Source: Deltaproteobacteria bacterium
Lineage (GTDB): Bacteria; Myxococcota_A; Polyangia; Fen-1088
Length of the DNA stretch: 64,000 nt
Direction of reading: 5' to 3'
NCBI GenBank assembly: GCA_033763315.1
Contig: JANRKS010000002.1
Coordinates: 128,001-192,000 of the forward strand
Program-made: the position numbers and the translations under genes
The notes under the pieces: generated by a model
Database searches by the model: none
Seen by the model: the letters and a program-made list of their open reading frames with translations, nothing else
Told to the model about the DNA's origin: nothing
Shown: piece after piece, positions 9,401 to 18,972 of the stretch
How the letters are laid out: each line of letters starts with the position of its first letter
How positions within the stretch are numbered: position 1 is the stretch's first letter

Positions 9401-10576
9401 CTAAAGGCCCGACACGAACAAAATCAATTGCTGACGCTCGGCATCGGAGAGAGCCAGGTACGCCGCTTTGACCCCCGACGCCTCACCTGCGTGATCGGCG
9501 ATGGCGTCTGCCACCCCACCCGCGCGTCCGTCATGCATCAACCCGACGTTGCGCGAAAGGCCCCAAAGGGGCGGCGTTCGGAATTCAGCGCCCGTTGCGG
9601 CGCCTTGAACGATCGAATCACCCGTACCCACATCGTGAAGCAGCAGATCCGAATACAGACGCACCGTTTGGTTCGCCAGAGCGGGGGAGACCTGACTGCC
9701 CGTTTGATAGCTAGTCCGGTGGCACGAGGCGCAGCCCACCGACGTGAACAAGGCCGCGCCCGCGGCCATCTCAGGTGTAAGCGGCGCCGACACCGGCGCA
9801 GTGGAGAATCGCATGAAGCTTGCGAGCGCAGGCACCACGCCCAACCGGGCTTCCGGATCTGGGGTGGGATCCATCAGCTTCAGCATCTCAACATTCCCTC
9901 CCGGCGCGTTCTCGGTGGGAAAGATGTCGTTCGTTATGCCCATCTCATTCCGGTACGCGTCTGCAGCGAACACATCCAGCGTTGCGTGCTGCGACTTCCA
10001 ACCGAAACGACCGACGCGCATCACCTTGCTCTTCGCATCCAACACCATGGCGGCCCTGCCGAGCACGCCGGCCGGTTTGGGCTCTTGTGCGGCGGCCATG
10101 ATGGCTTCGTCTGGTATCGCTTCAATGAGGCCTAAACCAAGGACGTTTGTGGTACGGCGTCGCGCGATCGTTTGGCAATGCGCCGGAACGTTCGCACTCG
10201 CCACTTCAGGGCGGGTTGAGAACAAGAAAATGAGCGACCCACCGGGAGGATCGCTTAACGATCCATCGGGACCTTTGCAGGCCGCCCTCGCCACCGTCAC
10301 AACCCCGGGGCCGCCCACGCCTTGGCTCGCGTGACAGCCAGCGCACGATGTCCCGTTAAAGAGTGGCCCGATACCGGCGGCGGCGGATTCAGTTTCCAGA
10401 AACTCGGAGCGTCCGAATATGAATTGCGCGGTTTCGTCCGCTGAAAGACCCTCCATCGCTAAGGCTGCGGTGGCACCGTGAACTTCAGGAGCCGGGGTCG
10501 CGTCTTCACACCCTGCGAGGGGCGCCGAAGCCAATGCAGCCGCCACCAACGCCACGATGCGCAAACCAACTTGCAT
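9401..10576 (-). CDS. Di-heme oxidoreductase (DHOR) family lipoprotein
   Basis: LAGC lipobox; GPLFN..CAGCH; GRFGWK; GCASCH; YSDLLLHD; FRTPPLWG; HDGRA. Confidence 0.85.
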   Translation of the reverse strand: MQVGLRIVALVAAALASAPLAGCEDATPAPEVHGATAALAMEGLSADETAQFIFGRSEFLETESAAAGIGPLFNGTSCAGCHASQGVGGPGVVTVARAACKGPDGSLSDPPGGSLIFLFSTRPEVASANVPAHCQTIARRRTTNVLGLGLIEAIPDEAIMAAAQEPKPAGVLGRAAMVLDAKSKVMRVGRFGWKSQHATLDVFAADAYRNEMGITNDIFPTENAPGGNVEMLKLMDPTPDPEARLGVVPALASFMRFSTAPVSAPLTPEMAAGAALFTSVGCASCHRTSYQTGSQVSPALANQTVRLYSDLLLHDVGTGDSIVQGAATGAEFRTPPLWGLSRNVGLMHDGRAGGVADAIADHAGEASGVKAAYLALSDAERQQLILFVSGL

Positions 10577-10749
10577 GGGAAGTTCATCGGCGCACCACTT
10601 GCGTCACTTGAGTGAAACCAACCCGGCTGAGGGCTACGTGAATCTTCGTGAGAAGGCCGTCAAAATTCGCGAACCTCCGTGAGACTCATATCGGCTAGGC
10701 ACGGTTCAACGCTTGGTCGAGCCTCGTCCAGATCCGTGGCGATCTGTCG

Positions 10750-11130
10750 ATGAAATACCCGAGCATGACCGCGATCAACTTCAACGCTCAGCTGGACCCC
10801 GTCGCGATGGACAAAGTTAAATCGATCGTCCAAGCGAGTGGGGAGCGATGCGTGGCGTACTTCGACATCGATGGAACGTTGGTAAATGACGACAACGAAC
10901 CGAACGTTCACGTTCTGTCTTTATTGACGTACCTGCACGCGCGTCAGTGCCGGATCTATTTGTGGAGCGCGGGAGGGGATGACAACTGTCGCAAGGTGGC
11001 GGAGCGTTATGGCATCGCATCACTGGTGTCGGCGTATCTTCCCAAACCAGTCATCAGCGTCGATGACATGCGGTACGACGATTATGTTTTCCTCAAGCTG
11101 CATCCGCGCGACCTTGAGCCGAAGGGTTAG
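10750..11130 (+). CDS. Small cap-less HAD-superfamily hydrolase
   Basis: YFDIDGTL motif I, WS motif II, PK motif III, VDD motif IV. Confidence 0.7.
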   Translation: MKYPSMTAINFNAQLDPVAMDKVKSIVQASGERCVAYFDIDGTLVNDDNEPNVHVLSLLTYLHARQCRIYLWSAGGDDNCRKVAERYGIASLVSAYLPKPVISVDDMRYDDYVFLKLHPRDLEPKG

Positions 11131-11132
11131 CC

Positions 11133-12635
11133 ATGGCTTTTTGTCCGGTGTGTGGCGCACCTGGGCCTGAGATCTCTACTCGCTGCGAGCGGGTGGCTCG
11201 CTTTTACGGATATTCGCGAGCGGACCTCGACAAGCTGGCGGCCCTTAAGTCTTCGATCGCGGTTCCCTTTTTTGATGTAAAGCGATTTTTCTTTGTACTT
11301 GAGAGCCTCGCCCAGCACCCGTTGGCCACGGAGATGTTGTTGGCCATCGAATCGAATGCCGCCCCACCGCCGCCCAACGAGTTTGGTAATGCTGTGCGGA
11401 TTATCCCTTTTCACAGCGCTGCGTTTCCTGGCTACCAAGAGCTTTATATCAAAGAAGATGTCTCGAAGACTATGGTCGTCTACCAGCATGAAGAGGCCAT
11501 CGAGCATCTGGGCTCTGAGGAGCGCGCCGTGCTTTTCGCGGAGCTCGCCACACGGTTCTTTGGTCGCGAGGATCTCGTTCCGGCGTCGGTCTGTGGCCTG
11601 ACGCAAGCCGGTGCGAAGTTCGTGGCCAGCGCCGGTGTCTCCAAGCAGACGTTTGCTTCGCTACAGGAGCTGCAGGATCCGGACGTGCTTGGGCTATGGC
11701 ACCAAGGCGTGGTTCCTCAGGCCGCGCTCGTTGACCTGGTGTTGGGCCAAAATGATCGCAACTCGCAAAACGTTCTTCTTTCGCGCGATGGTTCTCTTGG
11801 CACAATACGCCTGATTGACAACGATGATGCCTTCGTGACACACGAACGTCTGGTGGCTCCGTTTGCCTATCTGCATCGGCTCGTCTCGGTTCCCGACCTG
11901 CACTTCGGCACGGTGAGAACTTGGTTTGATCACTTCAGCCTCGCGTCGCTCGTTTCCAGGCTCACGCCCTTTGCTCTGCCTGAAGCGACTTTATCGGCGT
12001 TGTGTCGGCGCTTCGCCTTCGCCCGCCATGCGACCGTGTCGTCAATGCCGCTCGAGACCTTTATCAACCAGGTGTTCGTAGAGCGCCCTCCCGTGTCGTG
12101 GCGCTTGCCTGGCTGCCCATGGACGGTATGTCGAACGGTCGTCAAAGAGGAACAGGGGTCAACGTCCTACCGGACCTTTGTCGGCGAAGGCGTCGGCCAT
12201 GGTTTCGTCGTGCATAGGATCGAAGGAAAGCAACTGGATATGCATGTGCAAATAAGCCAACCCTGTTGGGTGTCGCGGCAAGACGAAGCGACGGCCCTTA
12301 TGGATTCTTTGATCAACGACGCTGCGGCCGAGGGCTTCGTGCACATGATCAGACGGCGTTTCTTTGTGGCAACACCTGATGTCCCCGATCGCCTCAGCCT
12401 CAGAGTCGTGGACGTTCGTAGTGATGCTTCAGGGTTTCACGTGGTGGTCAAACGCGGGAGCCTCGATCGTTACGGTTCCCGTCAAGTGGACAAATTCATT
12501 TCGTTCGCCTCTCTTGAACTCGCTTTGGCTGCCGCGGATTCGCTCGAGGCCGAACTCCTTCGCTCGCATTTCGTGGATATGCGCGCGCGTCTAGAGGCCT
12601 TCAAGGCCCCTCGACCGGCCACGTTCTTTGCATAG
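11133..12635 (+). CDS. PI3/PI4-kinase/HipA-like kinase-fold protein with possible degenerate C-terminal WGR-like domain
   Basis: N-terminal CPVC; YIKE; DLVLGQNDRNSQNVLL..IDNDDAF; starts 2 bp after HAD stop. Confidence 0.55.
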   Translation: MAFCPVCGAPGPEISTRCERVARFYGYSRADLDKLAALKSSIAVPFFDVKRFFFVLESLAQHPLATEMLLAIESNAAPPPPNEFGNAVRIIPFHSAAFPGYQELYIKEDVSKTMVVYQHEEAIEHLGSEERAVLFAELATRFFGREDLVPASVCGLTQAGAKFVASAGVSKQTFASLQELQDPDVLGLWHQGVVPQAALVDLVLGQNDRNSQNVLLSRDGSLGTIRLIDNDDAFVTHERLVAPFAYLHRLVSVPDLHFGTVRTWFDHFSLASLVSRLTPFALPEATLSALCRRFAFARHATVSSMPLETFINQVFVERPPVSWRLPGCPWTVCRTVVKEEQGSTSYRTFVGEGVGHGFVVHRIEGKQLDMHVQISQPCWVSRQDEATALMDSLINDAAAEGFVHMIRRRFFVATPDVPDRLSLRVVDVRSDASGFHVVVKRGSLDRYGSRQVDKFISFASLELALAAADSLEAELLRSHFVDMRARLEAFKAPRPATFFA

Positions 12636-12646
12636 GCCACGTGGCG

Positions 12647-14419
12647 TTAGTCTTTGGAAACCACGGCCGCCCATGTGCCTGAGTCTGAGGTCGATACAAC
12701 CGCTCCCGGCGGCACGATCGTGAGCTCGAGGCACGTGAGATCATCGCTGGCCGCCTCGCGACCCTTCCATGCCGAAAGATCCTCGAGCAGCTTCTGGATC
12801 ACGTCGGCACCTGGGCCCAGCGACTGGATGACGCGCTCAAGTCGTTCGATGCCGAACAACTCATCGGACCCATTGCGTTGCTCCGTGACACCGTCGGAGT
12901 AGAGCAAGAGCCTATCTCCGGTTGAAACGGAAATCGGCAAAAGCGGGAATGTGAGCTGGTTTGACGGCACCACGCCAAGCGGCAGTTGCCGCGTCGCCCA
13001 GCGCGTGGTGGCGCCCGAGTCGGCCTGGTTAATCAATACGGGTGGTGTGCCTGCTGTGAAGAGCTGGACGTTGTTCCAAGCTGAGTTCACTTCCAGTATC
13101 GTGGCCGCGCAGAACATGGATGGCGGCAACAGCTCATGAAGCTTCTGATTGATGGTTGAGATGGACTCGGCCAAAGGCACGCCCTTGCGCACGGTCGCGA
13201 AGAATATGGAGGCCAAGGGAATGGTGCCGATCGCCGCAGCAAGACCGTGCCCGGCAAAGTCTCCCAGGAATACGCGTAATCCACCATGAGGTAGTGGGTG
13301 AACCAAGAGGCAGTCGCCGCTGAACTTCTCAAGCGGTGCCTGAATGCAACGTACGGCGGGGTGCTTCAGTTGGCTGCTGGAAAGCACGTTCGTGAGGACG
13401 CGCAAGGCCATGTCCTGATCCTGTTTGGCCGCCAAGTTCAGCCTAAGCAGCTCATCAAGCTGTGCAAAGACGTTTGTGGTGGCCGCAGGTTGCATCGGTA
13501 TCGGTGTTTGATTTGCTCGGTGATTAACCCCCTCATCGCTCGGCGCCGCCGCGATCTTGGCGACCACGTGGTTGCCTCGCCCCAGGTACTCGAGGCTGTC
13601 AAAAGATATGGCGCGAGCCAGGGCAATGCCGCGGCCGTTCGGTGCGAAGCCCGCGTCTGTCGCCCCCGTCATCCATCGCTCGTGATCGAATCCGTCTCCT
13701 TCGTCGACCACGCTCAAAGAGATTTCGTTGGCCTGTTGGTGCCAAAACACCTGAACGCGTTTGCCACTGTTTTGCGGTTGCTCCAACCGGTGGCTTAGTT
13801 CCGCCTGCCAATCTTGGCCTGAGAGCAGCAGCTGCGCCTTTTCCGCATTGTCGATGCCCAAGTTGCCGTGCTCCACGGCGTTGAGCAGCAACTCCTCAAT
13901 GCCTAACTGCTGGCGAGCTGGGTCCGGGCAGTGGTTGCCAAGCAAGTGAGCCAACCAACGTGCTTCCTCGTGCGAGCGAAATGTGAAGCGTGCTTCACGC
14001 AGCAAGCCGTTTCCTTGTGCGGCGGTGCGCGGACGCGGGGCCGTACACTTAGACGCGGCCTCTATCATTGGTAGGATGTCTTCGGGCGGCACCGGATGTG
14101 TGCAGTGAACGAATCCCGCGCGAACCAAAAGCTCCGTGTCAGCGGTGTGAAATGGCGGCCCGATGGCAATGCCGGGGACGAGGTAGCCCAGCGTGTGGCG
14201 CAGTCGAAACAACTCGGCGATCGCTGCCACGGGACCCTCGGCTGCGTGCACAACCGCAACTTTTATCTCAGACGGGCGGCCGCTCGACGATGTGCCTTCG
14301 CACGATCTTAGCGACACAAACAGAAACCGGGCACTGTTGTCGACACCCGCCAGTGACTCAAGCAAGTCGTCACTGGCCGCGACCCGAATCGGCGTCACAG
14401 TGTTGTTCGCCTTCAGCAC
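12647..14419 (-). CDS. Anti-sigma kinase (HATPase_c_2) + SpoIIE/PP2C phosphatase fusion
   Basis: ELLLNAVEHGN, DEGDGFD, GRGI; SGD, GDFAGHG, YSDGVTE, DDLT. Confidence 0.85.
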   Translation of the reverse strand: MLKANNTVTPIRVAASDDLLESLAGVDNSARFLFVSLRSCEGTSSSGRPSEIKVAVVHAAEGPVAAIAELFRLRHTLGYLVPGIAIGPPFHTADTELLVRAGFVHCTHPVPPEDILPMIEAASKCTAPRPRTAAQGNGLLREARFTFRSHEEARWLAHLLGNHCPDPARQQLGIEELLLNAVEHGNLGIDNAEKAQLLLSGQDWQAELSHRLEQPQNSGKRVQVFWHQQANEISLSVVDEGDGFDHERWMTGATDAGFAPNGRGIALARAISFDSLEYLGRGNHVVAKIAAAPSDEGVNHRANQTPIPMQPAATTNVFAQLDELLRLNLAAKQDQDMALRVLTNVLSSSQLKHPAVRCIQAPLEKFSGDCLLVHPLPHGGLRVFLGDFAGHGLAAAIGTIPLASIFFATVRKGVPLAESISTINQKLHELLPPSMFCAATILEVNSAWNNVQLFTAGTPPVLINQADSGATTRWATRQLPLGVVPSNQLTFPLLPISVSTGDRLLLYSDGVTEQRNGSDELFGIERLERVIQSLGPGADVIQKLLEDLSAWKGREAASDDLTCLELTIVPPGAVVSTSDSGTWAAVVSKD

Positions 14420-14428
14420 TTGCCGGCC

Positions 14429-14731
14429 TTAAGACAAACGAAAAAGCTGTCCGAAGTTCGCGACCGTTAGCACGTCTTTGGGTTGGCCCTGCGCGTTTGT
14501 AATTTGCACGCGATTGACGTCGCCACCGACCTTGTCGCGCAACAAGAGCAACATCCCCAATGCGGCGCTGTCCATGTATGTGGCGCCGCTAAGGTCCAGC
14601 ATAAAATTCGCGCCGCTGGGCGCCGATGCAAACGCCTTTCGGAACTCTGCGTGACAGGTGAAATCGAAGCGGCCTTCGATCGTGATTTGTACAAGGTTGC
14701 TCTCGGGTTTTGCTGCAATCGTGATAGGCAT
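14429..14731 (-). CDS. STAS-domain anti-sigma antagonist
   Basis: GRFDF..DLSGATYMDSAALGMLL..ANF. Confidence 0.9.
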   Translation of the reverse strand: MPITIAAKPESNLVQITIEGRFDFTCHAEFRKAFASAPSGANFMLDLSGATYMDSAALGMLLLLRDKVGGDVNRVQITNAQGQPKDVLTVANFGQLFRLS

Positions 14732-14747
14732 TTTGCGCCACTTTTCT

Positions 14748-15677
14748 CTAAAACAGTTCGATTTCGCCGTGGCTCATATTTGTTTGTGCCACGGCCCCGG
14801 GTTGAGCCAGCTCCGACAAGAGGCGTGTGATGATGTGCAACTGATCGCTGCCGGCTCGGTCATTGGATGCCATGGCGTCGAACGCTTGTTTGGTCAATGT
14901 CCCAAGAGAAATGACCTTCTTGCTGATGCCATCCAGAAGCTGCGTCAACATGTCTTCAAACTGCATCGATCGCGTGGCATCGGCGATCAATGTGGTCACC
15001 CGAGCGACAGTGCCCTCGAGTGTACCGTTGACTTCGTCCAGCCGTCGCACGACGTCGAACAAACCACTGCGCGATTCGATGGCCGTGTTCATGTCGTGTG
15101 AGGCCAGGTCAGTGGCACTCTTGCGGATGAGCCCGAGGCATTCAACCGATTTGGCTACCTCTTGGCGAATGTGGGAGCTCAAAGTGGCCGAAGCACCAGC
15201 CAAACGCTTAATCTCTTCAGCCACCACTTTGAATGTCACGCCGGCGTCGCCCGCGCGCTGGGTTTCAATCCGCGCGTTAAAAGCGATGAAACGTGATTCT
15301 CGCGCCAGCTGGTCGATGCCAGAGGTGTCCTTCGAGATCATATCGATGTGTTCTGAAAGGACCATGAGGTGCTCGATGATCTGCATACTGGTGCCGCTCA
15401 CTCGCACGACTTGTTCAACGAATTCGCGCAGCAGCTTCGACGTTGTTCCTGTCAGGCCCTCGCCGTGCTTGTGGGCGTTTTCTCGCAACGCCGTCGAAAT
15501 GCTGGCCAATAGCTCACGTTGGGTTGCCACGGCACCTTCGAGGCCGCGAAAGCTCGCCAACAGGTGCCCCACGGCGTCACGCACCACCGCCCGAGCGCGC
15601 ATCAAGTCCCCCTTGAGCCCGTCGAACACGAGATCCAAGCTTTGCTTGAGATTCTCGAGATCCCCACCCTTGGCCAT
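14748..15677 (-). CDS. Soluble MCP-signalling-domain protein
   Basis: FIAFNARIETQRAG..FKVVAEEIKRLA; MQFED; ends GEIELF; start uncertain (15677/15689/15719). Confidence 0.8.
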   Translation of the reverse strand: MAKGGDLENLKQSLDLVFDGLKGDLMRARAVVRDAVGHLLASFRGLEGAVATQRELLASISTALRENAHKHGEGLTGTTSKLLREFVEQVVRVSGTSMQIIEHLMVLSEHIDMISKDTSGIDQLARESRFIAFNARIETQRAGDAGVTFKVVAEEIKRLAGASATLSSHIRQEVAKSVECLGLIRKSATDLASHDMNTAIESRSGLFDVVRRLDEVNGTLEGTVARVTTLIADATRSMQFEDMLTQLLDGISKKVISLGTLTKQAFDAMASNDRAGSDQLHIITRLLSELAQPGAVAQTNMSHGEIELF

Positions 15678-15787
15678 ATGTTCGACCATCGGAGGGTGAC
15701 CATCGGCAGCCGGGCGCAAAGGTTTAAATGAGATCCGTTGGTTTTGTAGACTTATGTTGGTTGTAAAGTTCCTAAAACGGGACGCCG

Positions 15788-16099
15788 ATGTGCTGGTCCA
15801 TGTCGACCACGCACGCTGGGGGCGTCACTTTGAAGATTGATGGCGAGCTCACGATCGCAGTGGCTCGGACCACGGCTGGCCAATGGCACGAGGCCGTGAG
15901 ACGCGCGGGGCCCGTTGTGGTCGACGTGGAACGCTTAGGGAAGGTGGATACGGCGGGCCTGCAGCTGCTGTTGTCGCTCAAACGCACGTGCGAGGAATCG
16001 AACCGCACGTTCTTGTGGCAGGGCAACTCCGCATCGCTGCAGGACGCAGCCACGCGCTGCGGGTTGGCGGACGAACTTGGGTTGAAAGCGGGAGATTGA
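15788..16099 (+). CDS. STAS domain protein
   Basis: IDGELTI..VDTAGLQLLLSL. Confidence 0.8.
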   Translation: MCWSMSTTHAGGVTLKIDGELTIAVARTTAGQWHEAVRRAGPVVVDVERLGKVDTAGLQLLLSLKRTCEESNRTFLWQGNSASLQDAATRCGLADELGLKAGD

Positions 16100-16109
16100 A
16101 GGGAACGAC

Positions 16110-16472
16110 ATGGCGCGCATCATGACGATTGATGACTCTGTTTCGATGAGAAAGCTTGTCGCGGCAACGTTGGCCGCTGCCGGCCATGAGGTCGTGGAGG
16201 CCAGCAACGGCAGCGAAGGCCTGAGCCTCGCGAAGCAAGGCTTGGTGCAGCTTTTCATTAGCGACATCAACATGCCGGTCATGGACGGACTCGCATTCGT
16301 GAAAAGTTTGCGCACGATAGCCGCGTACAAGTTCACGCCCGTGCTGATGTTGACCACCGAGATGGATCCCGACAAAAAGAAGGTGGCCAAAGAGGCGGGG
16401 GCCACCGGGTGGCTGGTAAAGCCCTTCGATCCCGATCAGCTCCTGGCGACCATTCGCAAAGTTCTGGACTAG
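16110..16472 (+). CDS. cheY: Chemotaxis response regulator CheY
   Basis: Receiver motifs; YKFTPVLMLTTE..GATGWLVKPF; directly upstream of cheA. Confidence 0.92.
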   Translation: MARIMTIDDSVSMRKLVAATLAAAGHEVVEASNGSEGLSLAKQGLVQLFISDINMPVMDGLAFVKSLRTIAAYKFTPVLMLTTEMDPDKKKVAKEAGATGWLVKPFDPDQLLATIRKVLD

Positions 16473-16480
16473 GTGGCGCC

Positions 16481-18487
16481 ATGGCACCCAGCCTTTCCGA
16501 ACTCCAACAGCAGCTGTTGGGTACATTCCTCGAAGAAAGTTATGAAGGCCTCGACAACCTCGAGTCGGGGCTTTTGGGCCTCGAGTCTTCTGAGGATGGC
16601 TCTGTGGCGATCAACGACATCTTCCGTGCCGCGCACTCGCTCAAAGGTGGCGCTGCAACCTTCGGCTTCGCGGGGCTCACCGAGCTTGCGCACGAGATGG
16701 AAACGGTGCTCGACGACGTGCGGGCCGGAAAACGCGTGGTCACACCCGCGCTGTCGTCCTTGCTCCTGCAAGGCGTCGATGGCTTACGCGCGCTGCTCGC
16801 TGACGTGCGCCAAGGGCTACCCGCGGACGCCACAGCTTTTGCCGCTCTGATAAGTCAGCTGCGCGCGGTTAGCAAACAGCCCAAGCACACCGACGCCCCG
16901 GTCACGTCGAAGTCTACGGTCGCTGCAACGCGCGCGGCTCCCGGCACATGGCACATCAAGCTGAAAGCCGCGGCGTCGATTCTGTCGTCAGGCAATGAAC
17001 CGCTGCGTTTGTTCCGAGAGCTTGGATCCCTAGGGCAGCTGCAAGTGAGCTGCGATGCCACCGACGTGCCGCCCCTGTCCACCTTGGAGCCGGAGACGTG
17101 TTACCTGTCGTGGGCGATGACGGTCAGCGGCAATATCACGCGGGGTCAAATCGAAGACGTTTTTGCGTGGGTGGCTGACGAATGCCAGCTAGACATCTCC
17201 TCCTCGGCCACGACCAAGGAAAGCGACCCCTCTGCCGCCAGCGCCGCCCCCGTCCGGGTTGAAAGCGGCGCGCGCAATGCAGAAGAGCCGCTTGAGTCCA
17301 TCCGTGTTTCGGTCGGCAAGGTTGACCAGCTCATGAACATGGTTGGCGAGCTGGTGATCACTCAGTCGATGCTGGGCGAGCTTGAGGACGATGGACCAAT
17401 CGATCGCGCCCGCTTGGCACGCATCCGCGAGGGGCTCAGCCTGCTAGCGCGCAACACGCGCTCGCTGCAAGACAGCGTGATGCGTTTGCGAAGCATTCCG
17501 GTGAGCATCGTCTTCGCGCGCTTTCCCCGCCTGGTGCGCGACACATCCCAGAGCCTAAACAAGAAGGTCGATCTGCGACTCACGGGCCAAACCACTGAAG
17601 TTGATAAGACGGTCTTGGAAAAGTTGTCCGATCCGTTGGTTCACCTGGTGCGCAATTCACTGGACCACGGCGTTGAGGGGCCGCAAGAGCGCCTGGCAGC
17701 GGGAAAGCCCGAATCTGGAACGATCGAGCTTCGTGCTTACCACCGCGGCGGCGACATCGTGGTCGAGGTGGAAGACGATGGCCGCGGCTTGTCGCGCGAG
17801 CGCATTCTCGACAAGGCGCGGCGGGTGGGCCTGGTGGCCGATGACGCCGACTTGGATGACAATGCCGTTTACGATCTAATATTCGCGCCTGGGTTTTCGA
17901 CGGCCGAGTCCGTCACCGATCTTTCGGGACGCGGCGTGGGCATGGACGTGGTCCGCAAGAACATCCGTACTTTGGGCGGCGACGTTTCGGTTACAACCAA
18001 ACCGGGCAAAGGCACCAAGGTCTGCCTGCGCGTGCCACTGACATTGGCCATCATCGACGGGCAGCTTGTGCGTTTGGGAGATTACCACTACGTGGTGCCG
18101 CTTTTGTCGATCGTGGAATCAATTCAAGTCGATCCCAAGTTCGTGATGCGGGTGGACGGACGAATCCCCGCCTATCGTTTGCGCGACGAGGTGGTTCGCA
18201 TGGTTGATTTGGCAAAAGTGCTTGCCATACCCGTTGCCAAGAATGAAGCCTCCGATCGCTTGATGGTTGTGGTCGAATCGGATGGCGAAAAGATCGGCTT
18301 GTTGGTGGATGAGTTGCTGGCCCAGCAACAAGTGGTGGTCAAGAGCCTCGAAACAAATTTCGATCACGTGGACGGTGTGTCCGGCGCCACCGTGTTGGGC
18401 GACGGCGGCATCGCTTTCATCTTGGACATTGTCGTTCTGGGACGACTTTCGCGCCGACGTTCGGCTTTAGGATTGGTGGCTGCATGA
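16481..18487 (+). CDS. cheA: Chemotaxis histidine kinase CheA
   Basis: FRAAHSLKG Hpt, SIRV..VGELVI, HLVRNSLDHG, PLTLAII plus CheW domain. Confidence 0.95.
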   Translation: MAPSLSELQQQLLGTFLEESYEGLDNLESGLLGLESSEDGSVAINDIFRAAHSLKGGAATFGFAGLTELAHEMETVLDDVRAGKRVVTPALSSLLLQGVDGLRALLADVRQGLPADATAFAALISQLRAVSKQPKHTDAPVTSKSTVAATRAAPGTWHIKLKAAASILSSGNEPLRLFRELGSLGQLQVSCDATDVPPLSTLEPETCYLSWAMTVSGNITRGQIEDVFAWVADECQLDISSSATTKESDPSAASAAPVRVESGARNAEEPLESIRVSVGKVDQLMNMVGELVITQSMLGELEDDGPIDRARLARIREGLSLLARNTRSLQDSVMRLRSIPVSIVFARFPRLVRDTSQSLNKKVDLRLTGQTTEVDKTVLEKLSDPLVHLVRNSLDHGVEGPQERLAAGKPESGTIELRAYHRGGDIVVEVEDDGRGLSRERILDKARRVGLVADDADLDDNAVYDLIFAPGFSTAESVTDLSGRGVGMDVVRKNIRTLGGDVSVTTKPGKGTKVCLRVPLTLAIIDGQLVRLGDYHYVVPLLSIVESIQVDPKFVMRVDGRIPAYRLRDEVVRMVDLAKVLAIPVAKNEASDRLMVVVESDGEKIGLLVDELLAQQQVVVKSLETNFDHVDGVSGATVLGDGGIAFILDIVVLGRLSRRRSALGLVAA

Positions 18488-18963
18488 GCCTTGCTGCTGT
18501 TGCTCCCTCCGCGGTGTCTCATGCCGCCTCAACGCTGCAGATCTTGACGTTCGTGGTCAATGGCGATGAGTACGGTGTTGACATTCTATCGGTGCAGGAG
18601 ATCCGAGGTTGGGCGCAACCCATGCCCATCCCGAACGCACCACCTTCCGTAAGAGGTGTGATAAACATCCGCGGAGAGATTGTGCCGATTGTTGATCTGC
18701 GCTCGATCCTCGGCTTGCCGGAGCGGCGGCCCGACGAAACAACTGTGGTTGTCGTGTTGCGCGATCACAACACGCCACCGCGTGTGCTTGGCACCATCGT
18801 CGATGCGATGGCCGACGTGATGGACATTACGCGCGAAGCCATTAAGCCGCTGCCAACGTTCGAGACCACCGGCGTGACGGTCGGCGTGGTCACTTTGCCA
18901 GAAAAGATGATCAGCTTGCTTAACCCCAATGCTTTGCTGCCACCGCGCAAGGCATCCGTTTAG
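18484..18963 (+). CDS. cheW: CheW
   Basis: YGVDILSVQEI..GVINIRGEIVPIVDLR. Confidence 0.93.
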   Translation: MSLAAVAPSAVSHAASTLQILTFVVNGDEYGVDILSVQEIRGWAQPMPIPNAPPSVRGVINIRGEIVPIVDLRSILGLPERRPDETTVVVVLRDHNTPPRVLGTIVDAMADVMDITREAIKPLPTFETTGVTVGVVTLPEKMISLLNPNALLPPRKASV

Positions 18964-18972
18964 GAGGTTTGC

